From: Stegostoma tigrinum
Taxonomy: Eukaryota
Reading direction: 5' to 3'
Assembly: GCF_030684315.1 (NCBI RefSeq)
Contig: NC_081369.1
Location: 10,082,035-10,146,034, forward strand
Length of the DNA: 64,000 bases
A program made the translations under genes and the position numbers. The notes under the pieces are model-generated. The model was not told where the DNA came from, did no database searches, and saw only the letters and a program-made list of their open reading frames with translations. Below are positions 1 to 13,695 of this stretch, piece after piece (position 1 is the first letter of the stretch; each line of letters opens with the position of its first letter).

Positions 1-763
1 GATGACTAGTTTATTTTGCTGATATGTAAACTATGGGCTGAATAGATCTTTCGGTGCTGCAATGTTTATCTAGTTCTATCCATAAGGGCATAGATCCAAC
101 CAAATTTTAATTTACATTTTCCATTTACAGAGTCACAGAGTTCCACTGAGCTGGATTTTGGATATCTAACCTTGATTAATGGGTGGTCAAGTAGAAGTGG
201 GACAAAAAGGAGCCAACAGTGAGAAGTCACACAACACCAGGTTATAGTCCAACAGGTTTATCTGAAATCACAAGATCTTGAAGTGCTCCTTCATCAGGTG
301 AAGTGAGAAGGGAAAGCATGCTTTCTACTTCAGGGCACGTTTCCCCAGATGAGAACTGCAACATGTCTTGAATGGGTAAAAACATTCAAGGGGACAATTA
401 ACCGCTGACACACTTAACTGGTGCAACATTTGGTATAACTTTATTCTAGATGTCTATGGACCCAGAATGCATGTAGTCAGTCCAACACAATCACTGCATG
501 CAAAGAATGTGCTTCTGCCGACTGCTCCATTAACTCCCTGACATTCCTTTATCCCCATTCTTCTCACTTAAAGGAATTCACATTGGGAAACCCACTTTCA
601 TAACATTACAGGCACTCAAGAAGTATTCCAAAATGAAAACACTTTGTAGAAACATCCTTCAATGTAACTGTACACAAGAAACAAATAGTCTCCATATTAT
701 GATGGACAACATGACCACAAATTGTCATCACACAGATTATCATAAATATTGTTAGACCCATAC

Positions 764-855
764 CTGATGGTGAGATAGAGGGGAAACCTCAAAGAAAACT
801 AATGTGTTCCATGAAGGAGTTAGAGATTTGACAATCTGTTGAGGCTGATAATGAT
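764..855 (-). CDS. OGFOD1: OGFOD1 coding exon 6
   Basis: 92-nt exon, acceptor cttttacag, donor gtatgg, phase 1-0. Translates (D)[30 protein letters not shown], matching my recollection of human OGFOD1 [31 protein letters not shown] and including the distal Fe-binding His. Confidence 0.95.
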
Positions 856-2790
856 CTGTAAAAGACAATTAATTCAGTTGCTTGATCATAAGGCTAATAC
901 TCAGACTCATAAACACAGGGTAAATTTATTTCGATGCTATTTATAAAATGTAAAGCAATTTTATGTCCATCTCACAATAGAGTCATGAGACAAAAATTTC
1001 TGCCCTCCACCACCACCAATTCTGCACTAACCTTGAATTTGACACTGCAAGAGAAATAAAGACAAATCGATCTATGCATCATCTATATCTGCAATAGGTG
1101 CTGGAAATGTTCAACCTTAATGTAGAATTGAGATTTTAGTTGGATTTCAGGCGATTTGACAGAATTCTATTCTAGTTTTTCAATCATAAATCGCCCCTCA
1201 GTTAGTGGCAGAAGGCCAGAACTACAGACAAAAAAAGTTTCTGACAGAATCTCTTGTGCACAGACAGTGGCATTCTGGGCACATTGCATGTGATTCCCCT
1301 GTTTATGTAATGCAAACATTTTGCATTGTCTAAATCTAATTCTTTCTATCATAAAAGTCATACTGGCCCAGGTATTCTCCACATGGTCAGAAAATTTACT
1401 TCTACTCCTGGTTGGATTTGACCTCATTAAGATATGTTTAGATGGTTTCCAAGCTGGAAATTCCTGGACAGGACCTCCAGTCTAATCAGAAATCCATGAC
1501 TCAATGAACAAAGTAAAACTTTATAAAAGCCATGTCCCACTTGCAATAATTAGTGCATAGTATTCTGTCCAGCCACTGAGACAACTGCCGTTAAAGACAG
1601 AGAATGTAAAGCAAACGTGGGGTTAAAGGGGCAGTCGGCTCATGGTAGGATACCATGCAGACAATGGAATGCTTAGGTTAGGTTGGTGTTAGTGGTTGTG
1701 GTGTCAGAAACAAGGGGTGGGGGGGGGGGGGGAGATGGTAGAAAAAAGAATAGTGAGGTCCAGTGGCAGGAGGATGGGTTAGATCAGAGAGTGAGCAAGT
1801 GTTTGGTCCAGTAGCAGGGGAGCACAGAGTGACATCTGAAGGCAGGGAAGGAGGGTCAGATCCTAGCAGTCATCAGAGGCAGATGCTGGGTGTCAGGTCC
1901 TGAAGGGTTCTGACCACCATAGGGAAGGGCTATTGGGTCTGGGGTATCAGTCAGGAGTGGGTGTCGGGTCCAAGAGCTTCAGATCAGGTCCTAGAGGTGC
2001 AGCCCAGCCAGGAGGTTGAGGGAGAGTCAGGCTGGTAACACAGTATGTCAGGTCTGGGGCTTCAAGCCAATTGAGGGTGAGATTCTGGGCTTTCAGGCCA
2101 GAGGTGCTTGCCAGAATGGTGTAAGGAAGTGATGTTGACAGGGATTGGGGTGGTGGACAGAGGTTGTTGAGTATTGAATCAGGCAATCAATTTAGTACTT
2201 ACCCAGGAGTTAGAGTTGGTCTTTCATCCTCTAAATTTCATAGGTAATTATTATAACTAATTTTGAATCCCCTAACTCTCCGATGTCAATACTCTTTCAG
2301 GGATTTCCAGATGTAGGGAAATTGCCAATCAGAGTCTTCAGTCTGCTAGATAATTCGCATGGATTCTTCTGCGACTGGAATTCTCTAAGATCCTAATGCG
2401 CATCTCAATCCACTTTGCTTCCAGCAACTCTCTGGTCATGAGAATATCTGAGCCTCCAATTTTTAATTCCATTAGAAGCTCACCCAAGTCCCATGAGATA
2501 CATTTATCCTAATGTAACCTCACTGTCCATGAAAACCCCAAATGCTACCATAAGTATCAATTCACATTCCTTGCATTTTCACAGGTGCATTGTGGTAACA
2601 GAATGGTTACCCCGAGCATTCAGCCCCAGGATATCCACAAACTTACCAATCTCAACAACCGCCTTTAAGTCAAACGTAAAACTGAAAGCCAGAGTTCTGA
2701 TGGCAGTCAGATAAACATTTCTGGGATGGAGGCATTGATGGGTCAGGGTTAAAGTGGAACATGCAATTATATTCAGTTAATCCTACTCAC

Positions 2791-2907
2791 CATCGGCACC
2801 ATAGAGGTCCAAGATTCCACCATCCCTTGTTCCCCATTCAGGAACAAGATATAGGATGAATGCTATCCTCCGCCCTTCTAATTCATCATCGTGACAGAGC
2901 AACACAT
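2791..2907 (-). CDS. OGFOD1: OGFOD1 coding exon 5 (HxD iron-binding motif)
   Basis: 117-nt exon, acceptor gttgcag, donor gtgagt, phase 1-1. Translates (D)[38 protein letters not shown]. Confidence 0.96.
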
Positions 2908-2974
2908 CTGCAACAGCATCGGTTTAAATTTCAGCACAGCTTAAGTGTTTACTTTTCAGTTTTACCAGAGTGAC

Positions 2975-3142
2975 ACAATCAGCGTGGGTTCAAATTTCCA
3001 CACCAATTAAGGTTACCACAAATAACCCTCCTTCTCAACTTTCCTGTCACCTGAAGCATAACAACCCTCAGGTTAAATCACCACTAGTTATCTCCCTTTG
3101 AGACAGCAGTCAATGATCAGAGGGCTATGGTGACTTAACTTT
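2975..3142 (+). mobile_element. Old SINE fragment
   Basis: B-box-like gggttcaaat followed by a body ending ctatggtgact. Related sequence lies in reverse at about 22505-22545 and 55044-55080. Confidence 0.45.
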
Positions 3143-3289
3143 CATCTCGCATCCTGTTTCATGTGAGAAAGAACATTTATGCAAAACATAGGTCAGCATC
3201 CAAAGCTGGCAGATGCATAAGCCTTAGCATGAAATCTGAGCTTTCCTGTGGAAATTTCAACAAAAAACAACATCAGTTCAGCCTATGGA

Positions 3290-5712
3290 GATAGTAGAAA
3301 CTGCCGATGCTGGAGAATCTGAGATAACACGGTGTGAAGCTGTGTGAACACAGCAGGCCAAGCAGCAGAGGAGCAGGAAAGCTTGACGTTTCGGGTTGGG
3401 ACCCTTTTTCAGAAATGGGGGAGGGGAAGGGGATTCTGAAGTAAATAGGGAGAGGAGGCGGATAGAAGATGGATAAAGGAGATGATAGTGTGAGAGGAGA
3501 CAGACAGGTCAAAGAGGCGGGGTTAGAGCCAGTGAAGGCGAATGTAGGTGGGGAGTTGGGGGGGTAGGTCAGTACAGGGAGGACGGACAGGTCGGGGGGA
3601 CGAGATGAGGTTAGTGGGTAGGGGATGGGGTGAGGCTGGAGGTGGGAAGAATGGTTAGGGAGGCGGGGACTAGCTGGGCTGGTTTTGGCTTGTGTTCGGG
3701 GGAGGGGAGATTTTGAAGCTTGTGAAGCACACATTGATACCGTTGGGCTGCAGAGTTCCCAAGCAAAACATGAGATGCCGTTGCTGCATCTTTCAGGTGG
3801 CATCATTGTGGCACTGCAGGAGGCCAGGATGAACATATCATCTGAGGAGTAGGGGTGGAATTGAAATGGTTTGCGACTGTGTTGTTGTTTGTTGCGAGCA
3901 GAGCATAGGTGTTCCGCAAAGTGGTCCCCAAGACTCCATTTGGTTTCCCCGATGTACAGGAGGCCACAACGGGAACAGCAGTATATAACACTGGCAGGGC
4001 AGTCAGGTTTGCGGATTTGGTCGACCCATTGTCTCCGCCTGCTCCTGCCCCACCAAACTCATCGCCACCGATCTGGATTCCATTTTCTCCCCCTTGGTCC
4101 AGGAACTCCCTACCTACGTTCGTGACACCAACCACGCTCTCCAACTCCTCCAGAACTTCCAATTCCCTGGTCCCCAACACCTCATTTTCACTCTGGACAT
4201 CCAGTCCCGATATACCTGCATTCCTCATGCAGATGGCCTAAAAACTCAGCTTCTTCCAGTCCCACAGACCCGACTAGTCCCCCTCCACTGACACCCTCAT
4301 CCGCTTAGCCGAATTCGTCCTCACCCTCAACAACTTCTCCTTTATTTCTTCCCACTTCCTACAGACAAAGGGGGTGGCCATGGGTACCTGTATGGGCCCA
4401 AGCTATGCCTGCCTTTTTGTAGGCTACGTGGAACAATCCCTCTTCCAAAGCTACACTATCCCCCATCATCCACTATCATCCTATATCCCCCGTCTCTTCC
4501 TCCTTTACATTGAGACCGTTTCAGCGCCACCTTGAGCTCCCATGAGGAGCTCAAACAGTTCAGCCACTTCACTAACACCTTACACTCCAACCTTAAGTTT
4601 ACCTGGACCATCTCTGACACTTCTCTCTCCTTCCTGGACACCTCTGTCTCCATCTCTGGCATTCACCTGGAAACTGATATCCATTTTAAACCTACCAACT
4701 CCCACAACTACCTGGAATGTTCCTCCTGTCACCCAACTTCCTGTAAAAATGCCATCGCCTATTCCCAATTCCTTCACCTCCGCCACATCTGCTCCCAAGA
4801 TGAGACATTCCACTCCCAAACATCCCAGATGTCCTCTTTTTCTCAAAGCCGCAACTTCCCCTCCACAGTGATCAAAAACGCCCTCAACCACATCTCCCGC
4901 ATTTCCCGCGACTCATCCCAAACACCCCTATTCGCAATATTAACCAAAACAGAATCCCCCTCGTCCTCACGTACCACCCGACTAACCTCCAAATCCAACG
5001 CATCATCCTCCGACATTTCTGCTATCTGCAATCCGACCCCACCACCAAAGGCACTTTTCTCTCCCCACCCTTATGTACTTTCCGGAGGGACCACTCTCTC
5101 TGTGACTCCCTTGTCCACTCCACACTCCCTTCCAGCCCCACCATCCCTGGCACTTTTCCCTGCAACCGAAACAAGTGCTACACCTGCCCCTATACCTCCT
5201 CCCTCACCCCGATCCCAGGAAGACTTTTCACATCAAACAGATGTTCACCTGCACATCTGTCAATGTTATATACTGCATCCGCCGTTCCCGTTGTGGGCTT
5301 CTCTACATCGGGGAAACCAAATGGAGGCTTGGGGACCGCTTTGTGGAACACCTACACTCTGTTCGCAGCAAACAACTACACCTCCCAGTCACGAACCATT
5401 TCAATCCCCCCCCACTCCTCAGATGACACATCCATCCTGGACCTCCTGCATTGCCACAATGATGCCACCCAAAAGATGCAGGAACAGCATTTCATATTTC
5501 GCTTGGGAAGTCTGCAGCCCAAGGCTATCAATGTGAGCTTCACAAGCTTCAAAATCTCCCCTCCCCCGACCACAAGCCAAAACCAGCCCAGCTAGTCCCC
5601 GCCTCCCTAACCATTCCTCCCACCTCAAGCCTCACCCCATCCCCTACCCACTAACCTCATCCCGTCCCCCGACCTGTCCGTCCTCCCTGGACTGACCTAT
5701 CTGCCCCTAACT
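3290..5712. mobile_element. Penelope-like element with inverted 5' part: minus-strand 3' end (3290-~3995) joined to plus-strand RT plus GIY-YIG region (~4012-5712); frameshifted
   Basis: ORFs 4094 (LIFTLDIQSRYTCIPH), 4532 (thumb: FTNTLHSNLKFT, YSQFLHLRHICS) and 5175 (NVIYCIRRSRCGLLYIGET, GIY-YIG). The left part is the reverse complement of the element's 3' end. Confidence 0.9.
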
Positions 5713-6430
5713 TGACAAGGAAGGAGAGGGCAAGATGTGTTTACTAACAGCATCCTACTGGAGAAGAATGATCATTTGAATGTAAAAGCTAGCAGGGTGG
5801 AACGTGAGGACAAAGGGAATTGTTAGCATTGTTCAAGGAGGGAGTGCAAGGGATAAGGTAAAAACTGTAGGAAATGGGTCAGGTGTGGCTGAAGGATCCC
5901 AACAACCAAAGTGACAGGAAATCCTTAGTTAAAGAAAAAGGAGGATACATCAGGCACATCCCTGTAGAATGTGGTATCAGCAGTACAGATCCAAAAGAGA
6001 TGGAGAAACTGAGTGAATGGAATGCGGTCCTTAGAGAAAGCAATGTGAGAGGGAAATGTAGTCATTAACTGTGGGAATCAGGCAGTTCATGCTGAATATT
6101 GGTGACCAGCCTATCCTGAGAAATGGAATTAGAGAAATCAAGGATGGGAGGGAAAGAGTTACAAAGAACAGAAAAGGATGGAAATTGTAAGAAAATTTGA
6201 TTAACTTGTCCAATTCCAGATGCCAGAAGGAAGCACCACTGACTTGAGAGGGGGAACTGGAGCAAGGAATGTTCCACATATGCCAAAGGTATAGACATAA
6301 CTGTGACCATGCAGGGATCAACAGCCACACCTTTGACTTGGAGAAGTGAGACAAGTTAAAGGAGAAATTGTTCAAAGTGACAATGACTTCAGCCAGGTGA
6401 AGGATGTTGGTAGTTGTTGTAGGGTGGAAA
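5713..6430 (-). mobile_element. Older, degraded Penelope-like RT fragment
   Basis: Minus-strand ORFs 6031 and 6065 contain LHLAEVIVTLNNFSFN and YVEHSL, typical Penelope RT segments. Confidence 0.75.
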
Positions 6431-7524
6431 CTGTTGAGGCCTCCTTTGAAGGAAGAAGCAAAGAGCCTTCCAAAAATTCTAATGTAGAGCAGACGCGCAG
6501 AGAAATTGCACATATCTCCAACCTCACACCACTTATGTCATGTTCCCTGTTCCTACTACAGTATAAATGAAATGTCACATCTGTAATGGCACAGTGCAAT
6601 AAAACAATGCCTTTGTGACATCGCATGCACAACAATGCAAGCATACACACTGTTAGAACTCTCACCGAGTTTTCATTACCTTATTTTTATTCTTTTAGAA
6701 GTTTTGGTTTGGAGCTGGAAACTATAAGATGACTTTCGACTGTGGAATTACAGCTTGGGTTAAAAGGAAAACAGACCAAACAAGATTTTGTTTATTCATG
6801 AGGCCATGCCTGGAAGTTAACTGCAATGTTGTTCCTGAGGAAAAGGTTCTGCAGATACATTGTCACCGGGGAACAGCATTATATTTAAAGAGGGAGCAGA
6901 AATTTGCTATTAACAAGATCAGTACCTGGCAATTGGTTCCTGCAATCAGGAAAAGACCTTATCTTCAAGCAGAAGGCAGGTATTGAATCTGGGACCGGAT
7001 GGAAAAGTCAGTCAGGCAGGGAGTGATCAGACTCTGAATTGCATTCTGGACTTTTGGTTTTTCTGTGAAAAGGAATCTGGCTGTTGATAATACAGCACCA
7101 AGATTTAAAAGCTCACTGCCTAATCTCCTATGGACAGTTCATAGTTTTCTGTCCTCTGAGCTTCTAAGTTTAAAGTATTACCAACTTTACCTGAGTGAAC
7201 TGAAAAACTGAACCTGATCAGTATCTTCAGAAAATCAAACAAGAAAATATCATATATGCTTATGGAACCATTATCGTAACCATTTATATAATCTGGCCAG
7301 TTGTCTGATTTGGTTTTATTTGTCCCATAACAGTGTTTGCCACTTTGCAATGAATGGGGCTGGAAACAAATGATCTTTGGCTCATAGAATAGACAAATTA
7401 GATTACTCTATTGCTTAATTTTGCTCGACTAAAGTCACTATGTTGTTAATAAATTGTGAAGCCTTTTGTTGAAGGTACGTCCGTGTCTGAAATTGATCAT
7501 TTGTTAACATGGGATTGGTTCCTC

Positions 7525-7865
7525 GAAATTATAAAATCATGATGAGCATTGATCAGATGAATAACCATTGTCTCTTTCCCAGGGTAGGGGAGTCCAAAAC
7601 GAGGGGGCAAAGGTTTAGGCTGAGAGGGGAAGGTTTAAAAGGGACCTCTAGGAACTTTTTCAAGCAGAGGGTGGTGCGTGTTTAGAATGAGGTGTCAGAG
7701 GAAATGGTGGAGACTGGTACAATAACAACATTTAAAAGGCTGGGTGGACACATGAAAAGAAGATATGGGCCAAATGCTGCTAAATGGAGCAGTTTGGGAT
7801 ATCTGGTCTGCATCGATGAGTTGGTTGAAGGGTCCATTTCTGTGCTGCACAATTCTGTGACTCTA
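7525..7865 (+). mobile_element. CR1-type LINE 3' end
   Basis: tataaaatcatga...agggtggtgcgtg...ataacaacatttaaaagg, followed by a 3' UTR stem with gaagggtc...tgtgctg. Confidence 0.8.
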
Positions 7866-8058
7866 AAACTCGAGGAACTACTGGGCTCAATTTTGAGGAT
7901 CTTTGAAGGTTTCAATTTGACACTGTTATAAATGGAGAGATGGAAAGGCAGATTTGGTTTGGCTATCTGTCTCCATGTCATAGAAATGAAAACACCCAGT
8001 AAAATAATATATATCAAATACACTCAGTGTAAAACACTATTTACTGAATTTTGTATAC

Positions 8059-8159
8059 CTGTGTATTCATATTTAGCACAGGACAAATCGACTGTGCTTT
8101 CTAGTTTTATACCAATAACATCTGATAACCATGTCCGAAAATCTTCAAACAGAACCTTC
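8059..8159 (-). CDS. OGFOD1: OGFOD1 coding exon 4
   Basis: 101-nt exon, acceptor ctttgtag, donor gtatac, phase 2-1. Translates (R)[33 protein letters not shown] (inside ORF 8024-8227). Confidence 0.95.
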
Positions 8160-8975
8160 CTACAAAGAGAAAAATAGACACATTTTGAAGTTCTTGTATT
8201 GTGTAAAGCAATGGCAATGAGATACAAACTCTGTAGTCATTCAAAATATTTCTGGAGTAAGTCCAAAGGAATTTCTCTTTATAATTACACATTATGGACA
8301 GTTTTCTCACTGACATTGTTGGAGGAAGCATAATGTAATCAGGCATTGAAAGGACCAGTGAATGCCTCAAAAAGCCAAGTTAATCGAGGGTCTGAGAGAA
8401 AGCATTTTGTGGAGATCAAAGTAGTGACTGTGGCTGGAACACTTACTAACAGCATGGAGTGTAAGGTTAATATAAATAAATATGAAAATTAAGGATTATA
8501 TTATTCAATCTGAGCCACAGTAAGCGCCTGGTGCATAAGGCTAAAGGAGAAAACATTTTTGGAAAAAGGCAGAAAACATATTTGCAAGTGATTGAAAGAG
8601 TTTGCACTGAAGAAACAGCTGCTTGCAAAAATCAAAACCAAATAAAAGCAACAATAACTAGGTTTCTGTACATTAACATGGCTGAAACCAATTTGATTCT
8701 TAAAATTTTATCAAAAATAGTTTACTTTCTGCCATTACCTCTTCCAACTCGGTTATTTCATATGACATTTCAGCCAATTGTGCAGCGGCAGCCCATTTTC
8801 AGTGGCGTCAACTTCACTTCCACACTAGCTCCCACAACATATACAAAGCATACCCATGACCCTTCAACTTAAAATCTATGCTGCAACAAGGAAAACTTGT
8901 TTGAAAACACACTGCATTTCAGTCCAAAAACCTGGTTCAAACTGTGCCCTGAGCAAGCTTGGAAAAGTGACTCAC

Positions 8976-9022
8976 CTTAATGCTGCAAGGTGATATTCTT
9001 TCTTCTTCCGAAGGTCATCAGA
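8976..9022 (-). CDS. OGFOD1: OGFOD1 coding exon 3
   Basis: 47-nt exon, acceptor ctctgacag, donor gtgagt, phase 0-2. Translates SDDLRKKKEYHLAAL(R). Confidence 0.93.
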
Positions 9023-9559
9023 CTGTCAGAGGAATGGAACATTTTATATTTATGTCTAAAACCTCAACATATTTTTTCAGGCTGAAAATTTGTATCTTGT
9101 ACCTCTCCTTATTATCTATATCTGGAACGCAATTAGTTATGAATGTTCACATGTACAATCTCACTCTGTCAACACCGAAGGAAAATTTATGCTCAGAATC
9201 ACACCTCACCAATGTTTACAGATAGCCATTTCAGACATCACGATTTGGAGATTCATTGTGGATTTTTCTGCCCAGTTTCTGCGAAATATACTGACACATA
9301 TGCAAATATTAAAAAATCCCACAATCTACGATCTGCCCTAGATTATATATGTCCACTGTTGCTGTAGATGTATAGATTAACAGGTAATTTGTTTGTTGTA
9401 CATCATTATGGAAAGGCTGTTTTAACATCCAATCACTTCATTCTATGCTATTCCTGCATGTCTACTGAACAAAAATCACCATAACTAATGCTATGCCAGG
9501 GTTTGCACTCTACTGTGATAACCTCATCTACATCACCGCAAGAATATTGCTGCACAAAA

Positions 9560-9662
9560 ACCTCCCGATATTACAACAGTGACTGCGCTTCAACAGTTTT
9601 AGTGGCTATAAAAGGCTTTAAGGTCTTCAGTGATTGTGAAAAGACATTACATGAATGCAAAT
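9560..9662 (+). mobile_element. Deu-type (SacSINE/AmnSINE-like) SINE 3' tail
   Basis: attacaacagtgact...ggctataaaaggcttt...tgtgaaaagacattacatgaatgcaa resembles the DeuSINE tail as I recall it. Confidence 0.55.
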
Positions 9663-9950
9663 TAATCAATTCTCTCCTTCATCTCACTTTATTACTTCAA
9701 TGTGCCAACTCCACTTGAGTCCTTCATTATACCACAGTATCTGATCCTTCTGCCATACAGAAAATCTCTGAGCTTTCATTATTTCTAAATAATCATAGAA
9801 TCATGTGGTCCTTTCACTCAATACAGTCAGCAAATAATGAAACCATTAACTCCATGGCCCAGTCTGATTGTTGTGCAAATTATCAAAATTTCCTGCCCAT
9901 TTGCGATCTCTCTCCTCCCAAACATTTGCTTCACACAATCTCCTTCTTAC

Positions 9951-10099
9951 CTGCTTGAATTTATAGAGATCGTTTGATTTTTCATAGAAGTTCAGCTGTA
10001 GAAGCTCTTTGTGAAGACCCTCCAGGAATCTTTGACTCTGGATAAAATTTGATATCACACAATGTGCAAATGGCTGTGTGCCTACTACGAGACCTTTCT
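9951..10099 (-). CDS. OGFOD1: OGFOD1 coding exon 2
   Basis: 149-nt exon, acceptor cttcacag, donor gtaaga, phase 1-0. Translates (E)[49 protein letters not shown]. Confidence 0.96.
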
Positions 10100-12333
10100 C
10101 TGTGAAGCGAGGAACAAAGATTGCAGTTAGTACCTTGGCAAGGAGCAGTTTTGCTACAATAAATTATAGAAAAGTAGTATATCATTAGCATTAGGCATCC
10201 GCAAAAATAAAATATAAATTAAATTTCCAGACCTTTAAAGACTTTGAAGAAGAAATATTTGTACACCATTACACTGGTATTCTCTCATTTATACTGCCTG
10301 GTTTGACGGGAATTTTCCAGGCTAGATATGCTGAGTTCTCTTTCTGACCATTAGTGTTTGAATGCACAAATTGTGGCAGTTAGTTCATTTACACTCCCTT
10401 TGCCTTTACATGAAATATAAAATATGCTCAAGAAGTCCAATAGGCTTCCTGTGCACTTTATGTCATAGCTTTGACAGAAGGGTTGCACCAAATTATTTAA
10501 CCCAGCCCCTGATGAGGCTGCAACCTCTGAAAATTTCATACCACTTCTCTCCAAAGGCAGTTGAAAACCAGATGCCAGATCCATACTGGAATCTTTGTGA
10601 CAAGATTATAGCAGAGCTTGCTTCTCAGCAATTCTACTATCAATACAGAAATCAACCATAAATGAACACAAATCCATCCCTGAATTGTATGCCTAAAACT
10701 TTGTTTCCTTGGGGCATGAAGAAACCACTAACCTGCAAAAGTACATATTGATAGGTAATATCTATATTCTCTAACTTCTGTCTTTCTGTCTACCCACTAA
10801 ACTTTTTGCCCATGTTGCTAGATTTTGAAGCTCAATTACATTTCCTCATGAAATACTTGATGTTTTCTGGTAAGCCATTTTGTAAGACAACTTATCAAAT
10901 GCCTTTTGAAAAATCCAGACACGGATCATAACATATTCCTTTCTCCATCCTGCTATCTCTGCAAACTAAAATCCTGTTAAATTTGTAAAATATGACATTC
11001 TTTTGACCACTCCAACCTGATTGGCCTTCATTAACCCACACATTTGAGTATTCACCAATTATATCTTGAATTGTTGCCATTCAAAACTTTGTTTCTTTTT
11101 TATTAAAAAACTTTCACAGTATTGTCACTATTGTTATGTAGTCACAGACAGCATTTCCCACAACAAGCTCTCAAACATACCACAGACACAAATGGCCAAT
11201 GTATTCATTTTCAGTGGAGTGGTTATGGGATAAATGTTGTATGGAACAGTAGTGGACCCCCCTGCTCTACCCCAACCAATGCAGTCAGCTCTAACTTTCA
11301 CTGAACACAGGGTTGGATTTCATGGTTATCAGTGAAACAATAACACTCACTACTAATCTCAGCAAGCTGCCCACAAAGAAATAGTAATTTATGTGGCATG
11401 GCTTTCCACCTTCTCAACATTACTCTGAATCTGGTGCCAAATCCAAAATCCAACAGTGATATCATTGAGAATGGTAATCAGAGAGTAGTATTTTCATCCA
11501 CAGCAAAGTAGCATGCAAAATCAAATCAAATTTTCACTTTTGATCAAAACTTTGTTGACAGCAAAATAAATTACCACAAAATATAGATGGGATGTAACTG
11601 TAAAGTGCAAAGTTTTTAAACTTTTTTCAGCATAAAATGTTTCAAACGTAAAGAAATTTGGCAATCTACAATATAAAATTAATTTTCCACCGACACTGAA
11701 CTGTTCAGCAATTTCAGCGTGGGAGATCAGATTAAGCCCAGTTACATCTGAATCAACAACGTGTAATCTTGTCAAAGACATTTACAGCGACATTCAGTAA
11801 AAATTTGTCAGTCCAGTAACTCATTGATTTCAAAACAGGGAACTTCAACAACATGCCGTGCAGGGAAATGAAATCACGAACAGAAACTTGTGTATTTCAT
11901 CATTTAACTGCACACATACGACCTTCAGATATTCCTGTTAAAATCAGAAGCACGACAATGAATAAACTGTCGCAATTTGCGATCACAAAATCACGGCGAA
12001 TGTGCCAGCTAAAGCCAAGACACCGCCAATAAACCACTCTATCAATACTGCATCATATACTTTAAACACGAAAACAAAAAAAAAGTCAAAGGACCCGAAC
12101 TGTTAATTCTGTTTTCTCTGCACAGAAGCTGCCAGACCTGCTGAGTTTTTTCCAGCAATTTCTGACTGTGTTTCTGCATTGTGCTTCATCGTGTTCTAGC
12201 CAACGCAGAAGAATATCCAATGAACTAACACAGCATTTGCATTGTTTCGCCGGGCTCGGTTAGTCTGAGCTCCCCTTTTTTCCAGCCTACTGCCCTCCCT
12301 TGGCTGTTATGCAAACCCCTCGCTTCCTCTCAC

Positions 12334-12487
12334 CATGTGAGTACTCGAGTCCCCGGCTCCAGGCCTCGCTCACACGCTCCTTCGTTTCCAACAGCAATGG
12401 GTTCAGCTCTGCAACCTCCCTATCCTTTAGCTGTCTCTTCCCTCCGACCCCACTTCCCAGGTCACTCCGCACCCTCTTGGAGCTCAT
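12334..12487 (-). CDS. OGFOD1: OGFOD1 coding exon 1 (prolyl 3-hydroxylase OGFOD1, uS12/RPS23 hydroxylase)
   Basis: ATG at 12487, 154 coding nt, donor gtgaga, phase 1. Translates MSSKRVRSDLGSGVGGKRQLKDREVAELNPLLLETKERVSEAWSRGLEYSH: a basic NLS-like N-terminus plus the V-x-EAWSR motif of OGFOD1. All six exons join in frame. Confidence 0.92.
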
Positions 12488-12489
12488 TC

Positions 12490-12720
12490 CAAGCCCGGAC
12501 CAGATGTTCCAAACTCAGGGCATCACCTGCAGTCGCTGTCTCGCCTCCGACTACATTTCCCGGCAACACTCACCTCGTCGATTGAAACAATTCTTTCCTG
12601 TAACAGCGCCACCTGCAGACTGCAGCGGTGTTGTATTCTCCAGAGAGTGGCGCCATTTCAGTCCGACAGTGGAGTTGTGAGACAGTGCATTCCCAGTGGT
12701 AGCAGGCGGGATTGCAGTCA
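12490..12720. promoter_or_regulatory. CpG-rich housekeeping-type promoter of OGFOD1
   Basis: Immediately upstream of the ATG. Contains ACTACATTTCCCGGCAA (12550-12566, ZNF143/THAP11-type), CAGCGCCACCTGCAG (12604-12618, CTCF-like) and CGCCATTT (12651-12658, YY1 core). Locally CpG-rich. Confidence 0.75.
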
Positions 12721-13004
12721 CTGTGATTTTAGTTCGTCTTTTGCTGCCGATATTTTTAGTCAATTTGAAGCCATACCTCCAATATCAAGGAAAAAACAGA
12801 AGTTGCTGGAAGCTCAGCAGGTCTGGCAGCATCTGTTAAGAAAAATCAGAGTTAACGTTTGGTAGCTGGTGACCCTTCTTCAGAACAGGGAAGGAGATAT
12901 CAGAGGGAGGGACATACCACTTCACCAATTGCTATTGAAGATGCTGCTGAGGTGATACGCAGCATCTTAGATAATACATCACACAGCCACTGTGCGTGGT
13001 TGTA

Positions 13005-13695
13005 GATTAGATTCCCTACAGTGTGGAAACAGGCCCTTCGGCCCAACAAGTCCACAACCAGCCCTTGAAGCATCCCACCCAGACCCACCCCCATCTAACC
13101 CACACCCACCCCCATCTAACCCACACACCCCTGAACACTACGGGCAATTTAGCATGGCTAATCCTCCTGGGCTGCACATCTTTGGACTGTGGGAGGAAAC
13201 CCATGCAGACACAGGGAAAATGTGCAAACTCCACACAGACAGTTGCCCAAGGCTGGAATTGAACCTGTGCCCCTGGTGCTGTGAGCCTGCAGTGCTAACC
13301 ACTGAGCCACCAAGCCGCCCACTTAAAAACAGTTCTCTGGTTAATTGGGTCTTAATCAATCTTTTAGATTACATTCCATTCCCTACAGCATGGAAACAGG
13401 CCCTTCGGCCCAACAAGTCCACACCGCCTCTTGGAGCATCCCATCCAGATCCAATCCCAGACCCAGACCCATCCCCATCCCCCTCCCTCTCTAACCCACA
13501 CAACCCTGAACACTACAGGCAATTTAGCATGACCAATCCACCTAGCCTGCACATTTTTGGACTGTGGGGGGAAACCCACACAGACACAGGGAGAATGTGC
13601 AAACTCCACACAGACAGTCGCCCAAGGTTGGAATCAAACCTAGGTCCCTGGTGCTGTGAGGCTGCAGCGCTAACCACTGAGCCACTGTGCCGCCC
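13005..13695 (-). mobile_element. Two tandem tRNA-derived SINEs (HE1-like): 13005-13320 and 13365-13695
   Basis: On the minus strand each starts GGGCGGC..GTGGCTCAGTGGTTAGC (A box), then GGTTCAATTCC or GGTTTGATTCC (B box), a shared core (tgtgtggagtttgcacattctccc) and a CR1-like tail ending in AATCT repeats. Confidence 0.9.

Noticed and set aside
1700-2170. G-rich tract with a poly-G run (G-quadruplex) and a proline-rich minus-strand ORF
   Set aside because: Low-complexity intronic sequence. OGFOD1 exons 5 and 6 join in frame without it.
13250-13320. tRNA gene
   Set aside because: The A and B boxes belong to the SINE head, which runs into the SINE body and is repeated in several copies.
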